64,000 nt of DNA, taken from NCBI RefSeq assembly GCF_000150275.1, contig NW_002060963.1:777262-841261 (forward strand). The letters are read 5' to 3'. The position numbers were made by a program, and so were the translations under genes. The notes under the pieces are model-generated. The model had not been told where the DNA came from and did no database searches. It was given only the letters and a program-made list of their open reading frames with translations. This DNA is from Trichoplax adhaerens (lineage: Eukaryota; Animalia; Placozoa). Every line of letters begins with the position of its first letter. Within the stretch, counting starts at the first letter, position 1. This document shows, piece after piece, positions 26,263 to 40,430 of the stretch.

Positions 26263-29200
26263 AGTCAACAAACGCCCATTAAAGCTGCTTTATCTGCATC
26301 GAGAGAAAGATCTATTGATGAAAATTCAACCAGTATTATCCAAGGCGATGGTAACGAACTATGCTTGGTCATAGAGAACTGTGAATATAGGTCTGCCAAT
26401 CGAGTATTCAATTGCTCAAGCTTTACAATCATTTTCTATATTATAACTTGATGGCTTCTTGAGATATAATTTACGATAACGAGGAGAAAAAGACCATCAT
26501 TCATGACAGTTGGACTACTGTATGCGTGATAGAAAGTGATTTTATGTGTACTTGATGACACTTAGACACACGAATACTTGAAAATAGTTCTACTATACGA
26601 TGGCCTAGTGCATTGGTGAAGTAGCATAGGATGATTTGAACCGTATTGTGTAAGGATAGAATATGATTCTATACGGTAAATGGAAATGGAATTAGAAATT
26701 TAGTGGATGAACTGATGGCCTAACTCCATAGTCAATACAATGTATTCAATGTATTGTAGTGGTAGTTGATTTGAAAGTTTGAGTTTAATCTCATTAGTTA
26801 TAGTATGATACTGATTTAAAATAATCAACTTGGATCAATTCCATCTAGTTGCTGAAAGGTAACAACATGAAAATTATAATTAGGTATTTTATCGCAAAAA
26901 TGAAACAAACTAGTATGCATACAGTATTGTGAGCTAGTGACGTTAATAATAACGTTGTATGCGGTCTGCGAATTATAATTGTCGTTGTAAATATGGCTAA
27001 TAGGTTTCACGCATCTTGGCTACGATTCTCTTGTCATTGCCCTATTTGCAGACAAGAACATAGTAATCAGCGTACTATCGAAACGCGTTCTTTACCTGAA
27101 GAATGCAAGCTAATAGCGTCTAAAATTGAAGGTACTAAGCAATCTTTCATCTATTGATATCGCTAAGAGATGGGATATGAAAAGGCCTGTATGGAAGGAA
27201 AACTTATTACATACGTGTATGTGTTACTAGGGCATGAAGTGATAATGCATTGGCAAGGCGAAGAGGAACATGTCGGAAGAATACCCCTCCAATTTTTACT
27301 TGAACACGATTATTCCAAGCAATCTATTTTAGAGAAAAAACAGCAAACCGCAGTCCCTACATATATGGTACAATTTATCATTAACTTCAATGGCAGATCT
27401 AAGTAGATTTTTGTATCGCGACATAGATCTATTGAATACTCATATAATCCTGTAGGTGCAAACATATACCATATTCTAATAATCGCTAATTCTAGAAATT
27501 CGAAATCAATTTACTATATAGACCAAACTATCCCATGTAAAGTATGAGGATATCCTTGGCAGCCACGAAAGTTATCGCCAGTAAGTAATACCTAGCTAAT
27601 ACAAAAGAGCTTGAGGATTTTCTCAGATTTGGTGTAAAACATACTGTATGTTCAACTTGAGCTATAAGTCTATGCTATTTAGTAATTAGCCCATAATTGA
27701 CAAAATCTTATGCGTTAGATTTTTAATGAAAATCGCTGAAGAAGGTTGCTGTCTTGTCCAAGGCACACCAACTGATGTTGGAAGTGTTGAAAAGGTAATC
27801 TACCAAGCCTTGCGTGGAAAAGTAATCTATTTTCTGTTCCTTAAAATCAAATTCTGTTATAATACCTAGATTTGTGAACAAATCGCACCAATTCAGCGAA
27901 CTATATATGGAACGGTAAATACTATAATAATAACGTAGACTACTAGAATTATTGTAGTCGGACAAGGTCGCAATATTGAAATAATATTGTTTTAATAGAT
28001 ACCATATAATTTACTAAATTTATGAAATGCTATTATAGGTTTTCGATGTTGTAGCAACACCTCAACCGATTAATATTGCTTATTCATCAGTGCCTCTTGG
28101 CTATCATATGGATTTAATGTATTATGAATCACCTCCGGGAATACAGGTCCTACATTGTGTCAGGTTATTAAAACGAATAATATACCCAAACTTTGTATCT
28201 TTTAACAATTACAGATATTTCACACAATTAGAGATTGTAGGCTTAAAAGGCAATCTGTTAATCTTAGGTTTGATGAGTGTGTGACTGGTGGTGAATCGCT
28301 GCTACTGGATTCTTTTTCAGTAGCTGAAGAATTAAGATTACAATCTCCGGAGGATTTTCGTATTCTATCGACTATCCCTGCTACATTTCAGAAAATTCAC
28401 TTCGAAAGGTTTGTATCCTTTTGCTTGAATCGTTCTTTTGGCTAAGAATAAATGTTGCATATAGTAATTAAGTGAAATATTTTACATAGAGAATTTCCAG
28501 TATCTATGAGATACCAAAGACCACATATTGTCTTAAATCATGATCAGGAGGTATTTTAAAATTGATAACATTTTTCGAATTAGTCGAAAAATTATTTATA
28601 AATTTACACCTAGTTTGATTTATTGATATTAGATAGTTATGATATTTTGCTGCTTTAACCAAGACTGCGTAATCTACCAATAGGTGGTCGCGGTAAACTG
28701 GAGTCCATCATTTGAAGGTCCCCTTTGCGTAGATGAAGTTAGAGAATTTTATGCATTATGTCTTAATCATATGAGAGGAGACTGGTTGTACTGACCTTAT
28801 AAACGGTCTGTTATATTTTCACAGAGTTATGTTGATTCGTATTATAAAGCTTATAGAAAATTTTCTAGCATCATCGATAAATCTAACCATGAGGTACGAT
28901 CTAAACATTGCATTGGCTTGTATTTGCAGTATCGGTAATCATAAGATGTCCACAATTAGTATCACAATGAAATATGTACAATATAATGTTAATGTGAGTA
29001 GATATACGAGTATATCAATTAATTGATTGTCAGAAATTGACATACATGCACAAAATTTATACCAACATACAAGTTGCCGTATGATAATATGACAGAGAAC
29101 TGATTTAAAAATATTGCAATGAACGCAATTTTTCTCGACTTATAAAGCATGGATATGAAAGAATTCGTGAAACTTTTACTTAATTTGAATAGCAGCGAGT

Positions 29201-29583
29201 GTAGATGGAAAATTAATTTGCAATAAGTATAAATTTCATTATTTATATAAACGAAATGAATTCACGTAGGTACAGTATCGATTACGACCTGGCGACATGT
29301 TAATATTTAACAACCGGAGAATACTACACGCTCGTAAAGGATTTGCCTTAAATGGTGGATCAAGACATTTACAAGTTTGTATAAAACTTAAGCTAAATAA
29401 TACCTTCTGATATAATTATTTGTAGAGCGTAGAAGATTAACTTTCTTATTTTCACATTTCTTAACTTATGACTAGGGTTTATACTTGAATATTGACGAAT
29501 TTAAAAGCCAGGTAGCAGTTGCCAATAAATTAGCCGGGATACATCGGTTACTCCCCAAAATTGGCAATCAATGCTTTTCTTAA
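26263..29583 (+). CDS. Gamma-butyrobetaine dioxygenase-like Fe(II)/2-oxoglutarate dioxygenase, copy 2 (>=13 exons; 5' exon unresolved)
   Basis: Same exon structure as copy 1: FHASWLRFSCHCPIC..NQR, EEHVG, NIAYSSVPLGYHMDLMYYESPPGIQVLHC, GGESLLLD, NWSPSFEGP, RLRPGDMLIFNNRRILHARKGF, RHLQGLYLNIDEF; stop TAA 29581-29583. Confidence 0.92.
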
Positions 29584-31361
29584 TCTGGAGCAATTAATAA
29601 ATTCGCTTTTTTTAAGTTACGTGATATAAAGATTTCCATCTGAATTTTTATCGTTCGTATTGTAAACACATATATTCCGTTACAAAAAAGGGCGAATATT
29701 GATCGCCATGTTCTGATAGATCCTTACTTATTTTATGATAACTTGATGAAAATAATGTTTACTGAACGAGAACTATGACGAACATGGGTTCGGTATATCA
29801 ATACGATATTTTTTTATGCTACGCTATGTCAGAGATATTAATCATCATTTGATTTTTAAATCCGATACTAATATATATACTATAATACCTTTGGTATTTG
29901 TTATATTGGGATAGTATTATTGGCCAATGAGGTCTATGACTATTTAATTTGTTATCATGCTGCAGATTTGGCTAAAACAGTTATATATAATAAGTCAATG
30001 TTTATAATCGTTATACTTAATTATTTGCGGTAATATTTAATAGAAAAATTTAAGTATGTGACCTGAGTGATAGCGTACTGTTAGTGAATGAATCGGGAAT
30101 GAGTTGTAAAATCAGTTGCTTAATAATATGTTTTGGTGCGATCTCCATTCCATTCTAGGTTTTTACATAAACAATGCTCTCTCATCTAATATCCTTGGAA
30201 AATTTATACTGGCTTAAAATACACATATGGCTGTATAAATACTACATTAAATAAAACAACTTACTACAGTGATCGTTGTCAATTCTCATATTAATTGCAG
30301 TATTTAAAAATTCTTGAATGAATATATTTAAGACTGCTTATTTTTAACTAAATTCTAAGCAGGAGATGAGAGTACAAACGTGACAATAGGATTTGAAATT
30401 AGTGTTAATTTAGGTGCGAAGAAAGTTTTGAAAAATAATCGTAAATACTTCTATAGGGTAGCTTTAATATTTCACCATCTCAAACTGTCCATATGGGCAA
30501 AAGTTGTTACTTCCGGTAGTAACAGCTTAATTACGTATATAAGGAATACGAATACATTTTGACGTTAAATTGTGGCATAGATTCCGTGTACCTATATAAA
30601 TAATCTAATGAATCACTAAATTGAAAAATTACTAGTGTTTAATTATATTTTTTTCCAATTTTCAACTACTGCAATTACATTAGGAAGACTAATAGGATAT
30701 CAAATAGAAATCAGTTTGAAATATATGGTCGTATTGCTTAATTACATTAGATTAATTGTACTTAATAGGAATACAAAACAATACAGTGACATGAATACAT
30801 TTATTTTTTTCAATATTAATGAAAAGTTTGCAGTAATAAAATTTAAACTAATTAAAATTTGAAAGAAAATTTCTTATAGAAGCAATACAGCTCGTGTAGA
30901 ACAAATTTGATATTCTCATTTATTCACATTAAAGTTAATCATTGCTAGCTATATTTAAACGGATCTTTAGTGGTTTTCTGCTATTACAGTATATATTAGA
31001 CTGATGAGAATACACGATAGAAAAGAAATAAAATTACTTAATCATATATCATACTAGTGAATGATTAATTAATAGGCTAAATTTTTTAACGTAATTAGTT
31101 CGGACGATATCATAAAATTAGCACACGACTGTTTCGTCGGTTTTAGCTATACTAGAAAATAATTGTAAAAGCTAATTGGAAAAAGCGTCAATTTCATAGG
31201 AGATTGATGATATAATTCTGTTTTATAAATATCACAATGACTCCAACATTTTCTTCAAGCACCGTAATTGATATTGCAAGCAATTCTGCCATTATGATAG
31301 CTAATCATTCTGATTTTAAATTCCCGCCCAAGTTATAGTGGATATAGTAACTTATACAATT

Positions 31362-31605
31362 TGTGGAAGAAGCAATTTACTAGTATGCCCCACAAATGAG
31401 TGGGGATGGTATAAAAGACCGAGCGAATTGCCATTCGCCTGCAGTAGTCGCTCCGGGCTAGGACGAACTAGTAGAGACTAGAAACCAAATGACTGGTGAA
31501 TAAAAAGTGCTAGTGGTCTGAAAGAAACCTGAGTAGTTGTGTGACAGTGAGGAAAGAGTTAGTTTTCCCTTAGAAGAAGACTTCCAAGTTAGTGGAAGAC
31601 ATACA
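31362..31605 (+). mobile_element. Solo LTR, 244 bp
   Basis: TGT...ACA ends, perfect 5-bp TSD CAATT (31357-31361 and 31606-31610), TATAAAA ~31410, AATAAA ~31499, GC content above the flanks. Confidence 0.8.
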
Positions 31606-33476
31606 CAATTACGATAGCACTTGGCCTAACCAAATCACAAGTGGGATTTGTAACATATCCTTAATTTTTTTCTCTCATAGTCTTTACAGTACTCGCTACA
31701 AATATCGAAAATGGATATTATCCTGGATCGATCATGTGCAAGGTAGTTTTATTCATTACTTACAGTTGTTTTGGAATGTCAATGACTTCACTAAGTATGA
31801 TTAATATTGATTTACATCAACATTTACCATTAACATAACCTAACTATTTATTTATTTTCGATTTGATTATAGTATAAAATAGATACTGCTAGCTCGATCA
31901 ATAAATTCCAAACATCGCCAATACCTTCAATCTTATTATCCTACTTCTAGGTGTAGGAATTATCGGATAGAACTCAGTTTTGGCTAAAAAAAAGTTAGAA
32001 CTACACTGCTATGGGATCACTGCAAGCCAACGAATTGATAGACTACTTTATCTTATATTTAATGACAAGTTTCCACTGCAATTTTTAAATTGTTTGCCGT
32101 TTAATTAATATATGCATGCATCATTATACATGCATATCTTTTACTACTTATGCATAAGTCTTCTTCAATCGAAGAAATGGTTTATTTTGTAGTAATCACT
32201 TTACTATCTATAACGAATTCTTTTAAAGATCTATGTATACTTCATAGTATATATTCGTTAAATATTCGTACTCGATTAAATTGAACGGTCGAATATAATT
32301 AATATCAATAAAAAACAACTTCCCTCTTACAATCGCTTTGCAATATATTATTAGTAAAGGTAGATCTGATATATCTTTACTAGTTTATCTATTTCTATCA
32401 AAAATTCGTTTCATACAAACTATATAGATTTACTTAATACCTTTAAAGTACAGGATTACCGAAGTACGGAAATGATAACAATTTAAATCTGTCTTAAAAC
32501 AAATGATACAGGTATACAAAGGATATATGCCGTCAATTCTATTTAATATTAAAGTATTAAGAAAGAAACATTTAATTAAATACTACTGGGTGCACTTAAT
32601 TGATATTTTTAATGATACTTTTATGATATGAGTTTATCACTGTTAGCTAGTAACGTAAAACTAAATAAAAAAAATCGGAAAATAATCGGCGATAAACAAA
32701 TAGTTATTTTCAATGTTTGGACATAGCTTCTTATTAGAGATTAGCACGTATCAAATCGTTAGTGCAAAAGAATAATAATATACGTCATCTGGTTGACGAT
32801 TACCAATGGTATACTAAGCTGTTAATCCATCAGTTTCTAAGATAAATGTGGAATTCCTGTAGCAGCCTTGTTTTAAAAGTAGCAGGGATCTAACAAAATC
32901 TATCAAACACATAACTGCTGCACTCAAGTAAAATCTTCAGTAGTTTTTCTGCTTGTCTGCAGTGATTGATGATGTCAATGTTAAGATCAATCAACTTTGA
33001 ACATCATTACAAAGCTACCATAAAACTTTATTTTTTTAACATGGCGTACCCATATTTATTTGGTTGGCGAAGAATTCCCCTCTTTTGTCCCGCTGTGATA
33101 ATTTCTTAACTATATAGGTGATTACAAATACGGTATAATCTGCCGTTGAGAGTATAGAAGTCGTTAGTTTTTAAGGAAGGTAGGATTGAGATTGACCATA
33201 GCCATACGCAAGACTATTCTAAACTTCACCAATAGATAAAAACGGTAACGAAATAAGAATGATATAAACAAGTCGGAGTAAATATACCAGTGAATGACCG
33301 TCAACCTAAGAAATTTTCCCAAATTGCAAATCTAAGACGCAGACACTTCTAGAACGTTATGTAGTATGAATATTGACAATATTTACCCCTATAATTAGCA
33401 TACGTCAATCAACTGTACCTATTAAGCAGGAATTGAAGGATGTCAATTGAAAGGTTAAATAAGCTACGGTATGAGC

Positions 33477-33507
33477 CACTAGAAGAAAACTTAATTTTCT
33501 TCTAGTG
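33477..33507. mobile_element. Minimal CACTA/En-Spm-like remnant (two TIRs plus 5-nt spacer)
   Basis: gc|CACTAGAAGAAAA cttaa TTTTCTTCTAGTG|gc. The 13-bp perfect inverted repeat differs at one base from the En/Spm TIR CACTACAAGAAAA. Confidence 0.55.
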
Positions 33508-34749
33508 GCCCATGGCTCCGGTTATTGATTGAAATGTTAAATTGATATAGCGGAAATATCTATGTTTAAAAAGTCATCTTTCGATTTCATAATTTATTAA
33601 ATATTTCGGTTAAAATCTGCACATAGGAGTGGGCTAACTTTCTATCCAGTTTCGTGATATTGCCTGCAAAACAGAAATCGAAATTAATCCTGCTTATTTG
33701 TCGATTTAATAACTAATGCAATATATATATATCGAATAAGGCGGAAGATGGCGATTACATTCGTTGCATTAACATTAGCTAGCAGAGTACGGTAGCCTTG
33801 AGAAGCAAGAGAGCAGCGTTAGAATCCTTTTATTCAAGTCAATAAATACACCGGCATTCCATATTAATAAAAAAATAGCTTGTAATATTGAATGATTTGG
33901 TTTAAAACTTTTGATTAAAGATGAGGCTTAATATTAAGATGATCTAATTGAATTTCTTTATCTAAATAAGATGAATGACCACATTATATTCTAATTAATG
34001 CCAAACAATGAGGAGCAATAGCAATGGTAAAACATTTATGGTGTCATTATGGAGCATTTTAGTATTTGATTTAGGCTTAGGAAGCAAGGAAGAATAATGT
34101 GAAGTATATTAAAGATTAGCTCATTTACGCACTAATTTTATCGCTAGTCAATCCAATATCTAATCTGGTAAAGAAATTGCTATTAATAGAATAATAAGGA
34201 CTGAACAATTTTTGTTCATGGCACATTCTTGCATTTCCTTTGGAGTAATTGGTAATTAAAATCTACAAATTGCACTTGTTAAAGATACAAATCCTTTCTG
34301 TATGAATTAAAGCTAGATAAAATAAAGAGGACCAAGACTTATCAACGTTGATAACTAATAATTTATTATTCTGCATCTTGATGCATGATTATATAAAATA
34401 GTTAAAATGAATCTATATGGTCGTGAAAAAGCATTGCTTTGTTCTAAATTATCTTCATATCGACAAGTTCTACGAGGTGATTATATCACCTCAGATTTTA
34501 TATTTAGTAATTTTAAGGATTTTATTTGATTCAATTTCTATAAGTCCTAATAATTCTACTACGTATATACTGCACTGGTAGTTTTCGCAAAGGCTCATGT
34601 TTTGCTATTGGAGAGAATAGACTGTTGGTCTTTTTAAAAATAAAAATATATTATAGCACTATCATGCATGGCTAGCTTATCTAATTTCTATTTGGAAGGC
34701 AAACTATTTTAATTCACAAATTATCAGATTCCTGAAAGAGGTTAGTAAT

Positions 34750-35139
34750 TGTCACACACCACTAGTGAAAAAGTAGTCTACAAACGCCAATCCTTGCGGA
34801 GAACGCCACTTAGTAACTTAATGAGGCGAGATTAGCTATATCACCAAATAATTCAGTTCCAACGACCGAATACTATGGTATAATTATAGCGTCACAGATA
34901 GTGTAGACGAAATAGTCAGAGATTTACTATCATTTATTACTGAAGAAATCTTGGCACCCAAGATTATAGTCTTTACAATTAAATATCAATTGATAAACTA
35001 GTTGACTATCTAACCGACTAACTAACTAAAAAGGGATCTTCAGGCACCAGCCTTTTATAGTCTCGTCAGAAGCTCCTGGTGCACATAAAATAAATCTATC
35101 CTTTTAAAAATAATTAGGACGAGCTTACGCATCGTAACA
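34750..35139 (-). mobile_element. Solo LTR, 390 bp
   Basis: TGTCAC...GTAACA ends, perfect TSD GTAAT (34745-34749 and 35140-35144), minus-strand CTATAAAAGG (~35051-35060) upstream of AATAAA (~34933). The terminal 140 bp recurs inverted at 41673-41812. Confidence 0.85.
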
Positions 35140-37408
35140 GTAATATAATTCTTATTTTTTAAAGTATTACTGATACATTAGATTATGTGTATCTGAATTA
35201 TAAACTCTTCTAAAAGATGAACTGATCCACTTTCAATAATTCTTAAGAATTCTAGATCGGATATAGTGTAGTTTTTGCACGTCTAGAAAAATAATATTCC
35301 TTTGTATGTAAGCGTAGATTAATATATCATTTTTAAGTGGTTATATTGAAATTCCATTTGGAAGGTTATCTATTTCTATTTATAAATTATCAAATTTTTT
35401 GAATAGATTGGCAATTTTTCAAAAATATATAAACTTACAGTCCGTTACGTCTAAGTGTACTAATGGTCCTTTGCATATAAGTATACAGTAGGCTAAGTTA
35501 GCAACATTCTTGAGTAGTTACATTAAAAATTTTAATTGATAGACTGCCTATCTCTATTGTTAAATTAATTATCAAATTCTTCGGAGAAACTGGTAATGTT
35601 GTAAATGCTGCCGATGTAATATACATACCGTCCCATTACATTTGATGTTACAGCCATTTCTTTCACGGCTGATCCATATGCAGTGCAATCTTAAACTGTG
35701 CATAATGTAGTTTCTACACAAATACACTGATAGCATTTTATAGAGAAACCATAGGAGTATTATTCTTGAGTTCTTATTTTTAAATTTACCAATACATTGC
35801 ACGTAAACAATTATCTAGATAGGAAATATTAGTAACTAATATCATACTAGTTCAGAATTAAATTAAGCTAGTAAAAACATACTCTACTTCATTTTAATTA
35901 ATCAATTTACCAGAAAACATGGAGATCAAAAATTAATCCATTTAGAGAATATCGCTACTTTGTTTTCAATTTACGGTTGTGAGTAGGTAATAAAGTATTA
36001 GATAGTGTTATGATCTGCTCTGCGATAAGTAATCTGCCTTAAAATACAGGCTTCTCAATTTTATTGTGACGAAATGAAGTGATTTTATTTAGGTTGTAGC
36101 CGACATTATACCGTACCTATACCTATCGCAACAATGCGATACCCAATATTGTTAGAAATGATCATTGAAATTATTATTTTTCGGTATTTTTGTTATTTTC
36201 TATGATCTGAGCAAGGATTAAAATCGATGGAGTCCATTGAACCCGAAATACACCTCCACTGTTAAGAAAATTTTAAGATTTTCCCGTTTATTTGCATACA
36301 CTAAGGATTAAATCTGATAATGCTTGACAATTAAATCTAGGCGATGGATCATATTACACGACTGCTAATTGTAATTCTGTGCTTGATAATGTCCCTTACT
36401 TTTCATAGCTAATTTTTCCTGGAACATATCTTTACTTTGGATATGAGTCACGTAGAGCATTGATAATATTATTAAATTCAAAATATCATATTGGAATAGT
36501 TTGAGATATTTTGCTTTTGCCCAGATTAAAATACCATAGTTTAATCTTGAAAATCTATCCAAATGTAATCAAGCCGTTAAAGGACCTTGATCTTCCTTTC
36601 AAATGCTATTAATCGTACCATAGCTTTTAAGTTATTACTTATCTGCCGTAGAATAAAATTTTTACCTGTAATCGTTGCTGGCTAATATACTGATACATTC
36701 GTTTTACTTAGCGCTAAAGGATAATTACATTTATTAATAATTAAATTAGAGAGATAATGAACAAATTCGAACATCTTATTTAATTATCTCTATGTACAAT
36801 ACAATATCCACTATCGTAATTAATATGGAATGAGTTAATGGAAACTTCTTGTTTGAGATCCGAACGAAAACAAATACGCTCATGCCTGCAATTATGTGGT
36901 ATACTGTAAGTAATAACTTATTTAAAATACAAAATGCTAGGGTAATAGCAATATAATTCCCCTATTCGACATCGACTTTATTTTGTTACAGCATAATTTA
37001 TATTAATTAGAATAAATTGCAATTCTCATAAATTAATACAAATTATATAACAGATATTATTTGATAATTAGATATGAATTTAATGCTTACTAGTGATAAT
37101 AATAGACAAATTTTTATGAACCTTACACATGCTTTCGTTATATTTATTAAAGTAAGTGGCAAAGATATTACTAAAGAAAATGTAAAATATTTCATCATGC
37201 TTTTTAAATAAACGGTGTAGTGTCATTGGTCAATACGCTCATTTTATTGACTGTTGCAGTATAGCGTGTTCGCATTGCTTTGTATTATTTCTTCCTATTT
37301 TTGGCTAAGTTATAAGATTATTATACATACTCATTCAGTAACGTAACATATATATAGGTATACATGTTTCTAAAGTTTTTATCAATGTTTTCCCTCTAGT
37401 AAGTCATC

Positions 37409-38380
37409 ATGGTGGTTCATTGTTCCGATTGCAATATTTCGATCCAAAATAGTAGTCATCTCAAATATAAGTTAATGTTTAGGTATTCTTATATTGCGGC
37501 TATTCCTATTTTTATCATTGGTATTATAGCTAATATCATCTTGTTTTATTTGATCGCTTGCGGTAAATATTTCCATAAAGTGACTTATCAATTAATAAGT
37601 ATAGCAGTGATTTCTGATCTTATTTCTTTAACTACTTCCATTATTGTTTTTGCAATATATGCTACCAATAACGTTGAATATTCCCTTGGCTCGATTCTAT
37701 GCAAATTGCTTTTATTTATTACGTATTGTTGTTATGGAGTATCGATGACTACACTATGTATGATTAGTATTGATCGATATTTTGCAGTTACCAAGCCTTT
37801 ATCGTCACTTCGCTATCGACAAAAAAGACGAACCATTTATTTTGGTCAAACAATTGGTTGTTTACTAGCTATAGGTGTTTCAGTACCCGTGCTAATTTAT
37901 AACAATGTCCATTTCGATGAAACGCAATTCTGCGATTTACCCAACATTAAAAGAAGTGTTTCGACTTACCTTCTGTGTAATGTCTGCATCTTTTATATCT
38001 TACCGTTAGCCATTATAATGGTAAATTATATCAAAATTATTCGCTTCCAATATAGTTACGTACGACCTGGTGAACCTAATTATCAAGGATACGATGAGTA
38101 TCAACGGAAAAGGAAAAAATTTATTCGAATATTAATTATAATTACTTCAATCTATTTCTTTTTAACTTGGCCATTTTTTGCGGTAATAGCAGGCATCGCT
38201 ATTTCATCAAAGTCGATTAAAGAAGTAAGGGAGATGGGATGTGGATATTATCTAATTTTGTATGCATCATATTTATCTACATTTGCTATCAACATTATTA
38301 ACCCATTTATTTATTTTAGATTTGATTATAATATTAAGAGGAATTTAGTATATCAGGTTAGACGTTGGTTGCGCTATTAA
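37409..38380 (+). CDS. Intronless class A (rhodopsin-like) GPCR, 323 aa
   Basis: Seven hydrophobic segments, GIIAN (TM1), SD (TM2), C...IDRY (TM3), ECL2 Cys, TWP (TM6), NPFIY (TM7). Confidence 0.93.
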   Translation: MVVHCSDCNISIQNSSHLKYKLMFRYSYIAAIPIFIIGIIANIILFYLIACGKYFHKVTYQLISIAVISDLISLTTSIIVFAIYATNNVEYSLGSILCKLLLFITYCCYGVSMTTLCMISIDRYFAVTKPLSSLRYRQKRRTIYFGQTIGCLLAIGVSVPVLIYNNVHFDETQFCDLPNIKRSVSTYLLCNVCIFYILPLAIIMVNYIKIIRFQYSYVRPGEPNYQGYDEYQRKRKKFIRILIIITSIYFFLTWPFFAVIAGIAISSKSIKEVREMGCGYYLILYASYLSTFAINIINPFIYFRFDYNIKRNLVYQVRRWLRY

Positions 38381-38987
38381 TATTGTCAATTTCATCGCCT
38401 AAATTAAAATGCTGGCAAGGAAGAAATTTTTATTACATGTCTATGTGCATGTTACATAAATAGTTTTGGTACTCCTTCATCATAATCAGTTTTTAATAAG
38501 TATGTACTACCTACGTAAATGCATACACGATTTATTACAACGGTAATTGTTAGAGAGTTTATGTAATAACTTAAAATAGCAGCCTATAATTTATAATTCC
38601 TTGAGAATCATAACAGAAAATACCGTAACTGTTCAGCCATCGTGGATAACTCATATCTAATCATTCATACCTCAGATAATAGTTTCTATCTCTCTTATAT
38701 ATCAAACATGATATTTAAATAAAAGTATAATAAAGTCAACTATTTGCTCGCAATTTGGCTATGTGAACTGCGTTAGACATTAATCACATCCGATTGATAT
38801 TTTAAAGAAAAATTAAATGGCGGAACACATTAGTATTAATTACTAGTTGTATAAAACTTTCGCTTAAATTATTTACTCGTTCATTTTCCTAATTATCTAT
38901 GAATTACAGATGCAAGTTACAAAATTAAACTATCAATTTAACAAATTACGAGTAATTTGACATAAAGCTAGAAACATCAATATAAGT

Positions 38988-40430
38988 TTAATGCAGACAA
39001 CAGTATTTACAAACATAGACATGTGATGACTAATACAGAATAGTCAGATTACGATATGTCCTATCACGGAACATTTCCACGGTAATTTACAATCTACCAT
39101 AAGTAAGTTACAATCATAATGATTCGAACTGTAAGTAGATGATTTGCATTCCCTATTATAACTATTAATTTCAGTATGTGTATATGTGTCACTGTCATAA
39201 AAAGTCAAAGCTATATTAAAACACAGCATATCCAAATTAGAAGTTAACTAAAATAAGGATAATCTAACAGAATTATCCTAACATAGATATTTCTACTCTA
39301 ATACAGTATATGACACTGTCACACAAAGTAAAGGTTATTTGTGCGATTCGATATACGATAAAATAAGAGACGCCGAGAAAACAATTTTCTTACTTTTATA
39401 ATTAATTTATTTTTATGCTGTTAAGATTTGGTAGTTATAATATGAAATACGGTAACCAATTTGCAATTAACAGGATTAGCTATATTTTTTCCTATAAATA
39501 CAGAAAGACAATATCAATAGAACGAAAGAGTAGCGTTAGTAATGCTATTAGTATTTTCAATCTTTCCAGTAAATGTGTGTTGTACAGATATAAGGAATAT
39601 TTCTCGTTGTTTCAGAGTGTAATTTCTCTTACTTTTAGATATCTTAGTGATATAACGATTATTTTTAAAATATCAGGAGTAATTTTTAGACTTAAGATCA
39701 TTTATATTTATTTTCGATTTAAAATATTGTTATAAACTAAATTTTTATCATCAATTTATACTTTCAAGTATGTAGAAGACTTTAATAACTCGTACTTAAA
39801 TTGTATAGTGAATAGAGGGAGCGGAAAATACGGTCCACTACACGAACTTTGCAACATACTATGCGTAACTATTACAAAATAAGTTCGTTAATGAGACGTG
39901 GATAATTTACCGTACCGTATATTTACGGTGATAACTTGAATTAAAATATTCAAACGGATGTAATTACACTTTAACTAATCTCTGGTTAAGATCTCAAGCT
40001 ATATTGATAGCAGAATAGGTAGTTTGAATTACTGTACTTAGATCATCTTTAAATGAGAAATGATTGACAATGCGTTACAATCTGTAATGGTGCTGGCATG
40101 TAACAAATAAGGGGAGATCTCTCGTGCACTATACTCGCGTGCTTGATACAGTTAGTTAAAACTTAGGAGCTAGCTTTCAAAAGTGCTATGAAATCCTTTT
40201 GTAACGCTATTAAGTATCATTTTAATACCGTCAATACGAAGAATTTCAGCAATTTGCATAATGCCTAGTCAATTTGCAAAATGCCTTGTCAGTTTGCATA
40301 AATATAGGAAGATAGATTACAAATGTTCAATAACAGTTTGATGGATTGAAAATGGAATTAGTAAGTAAATTTTTAATTGATGATCATAACGAGCCAGTTT
40401 GTAGTATTTCAACCTGTTAGCTATCTGTCG
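38988..40430 (-). repeat. Inverted, mosaic duplicate of GPCR upstream regions
   Basis: 38988-39322 is the reverse complement of ~53240-53505; 39324-39810 is a near-identical reverse complement of ~47783-48268; 39810-40430 resembles 46640-47780 and 52180-52860 inverted. Confidence 0.85.

Noticed and set aside
39415-39735. 106-aa ORF duplicated at 47941-48177 (-)
   Set aside because: By-product of the inverted duplication of AT-rich GPCR upstream DNA; the frame is not preserved between copies.
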